A stretch of 63,861 nt of DNA, counting the filler, from Octopus bimaculoides (Eukaryota), in assembly GCF_001194135.2 (NCBI RefSeq). It is 4 parts of 4 records of this genome, joined end to end, with 100 filler letters (N's around TTAATTAATTAA, not from the genome) between each part and the next. Parts side by side here need not be neighbours in the genome. Positions count along the whole stretch, not along the records: positions 41,057 to 63,861 come from NC_068988.1; 3 more parts are not named here. One strand, written 5' to 3'. Shown here one piece after another: positions 63,650 through 63,861 of this stretch. The notes below the pieces were generated by a model. The model worked only from the letters and a program-made list of their open reading frames with translations, ran no database searches and had not been told where the DNA came from. Position 1 is the stretch's first letter. Each line of letters begins with the position of its first letter. Made by a program: the position numbers and the translations under genes.

Positions 63650-63861
63650 TAGGTGGTGAGGCAAGACCTTCGTACATTGGGCCTCACCGAGGCGATGACT
63701 ACGGACCGAGACCTTTGGAAATGGGCTGTGCGTGAGAAGACCCGGCAAGCCAAGTAAGATCGTTGCCAGTGCCCCTGGACTGGTTCTTGTGCGGTTGGCA
63801 CATGAGATGCACCATTTTGAGTGTGGCCATTGCCAGTACCGCCTGACTGGCTCCTGTAGGA
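63650..63861 (+). mobile_element. RTE LINE 3' fragment, young, runs off the window
   Basis: VVRQDLRTLGLTEAMTTDRDLWKWAVREKTRQAK*; nearly identical to the 54590 copy. Confidence 0.85.

Overview
AT-rich animal (non-prokaryotic) genomic DNA from a gapped short-read assembly: about 20 N-gaps, roughly 8.6 kb in total, mostly bordered by microsatellites. The SINE families, the Dong/RTE LINEs and the very high microsatellite density point to a cephalopod, most likely Octopus (inference from repeat sequences I recognise, no database search). I found no intact, identifiable host protein-coding gene, rRNA, true tRNA or CRISPR array. Almost all ORFs in the track are artefacts of N-runs or simple repeats. 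What can be supported: at least four tRNA-derived SINE families in many copies; decayed LINEs (four Dong/R4 pieces, Tx1/L1-like, RTE, another RT relic); a Penelope GIY-YIG relic; a truncated mariner; a full-length decayed DD37D/maT element with TIRs; a non-autonomous Helitron; and several MITE or fold-back palindromes. The most notable non-routine signals are: (1) a dense bZIP motif cluster at about 24.3-24.75 kb; (2) a sharp switch from CpG-rich to CpG-depleted DNA near 41 kb, which suggests the edge of a methylated gene body; (3) several unconfirmed orphan exon candidates, the best being two minus-strand exons at 42.6-43.0 kb and a stop-free segment at 39.5-39.8 kb. I cannot support a claim of a new biological system here. 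TE boundaries are approximate and family calls come from motif recognition by eye.
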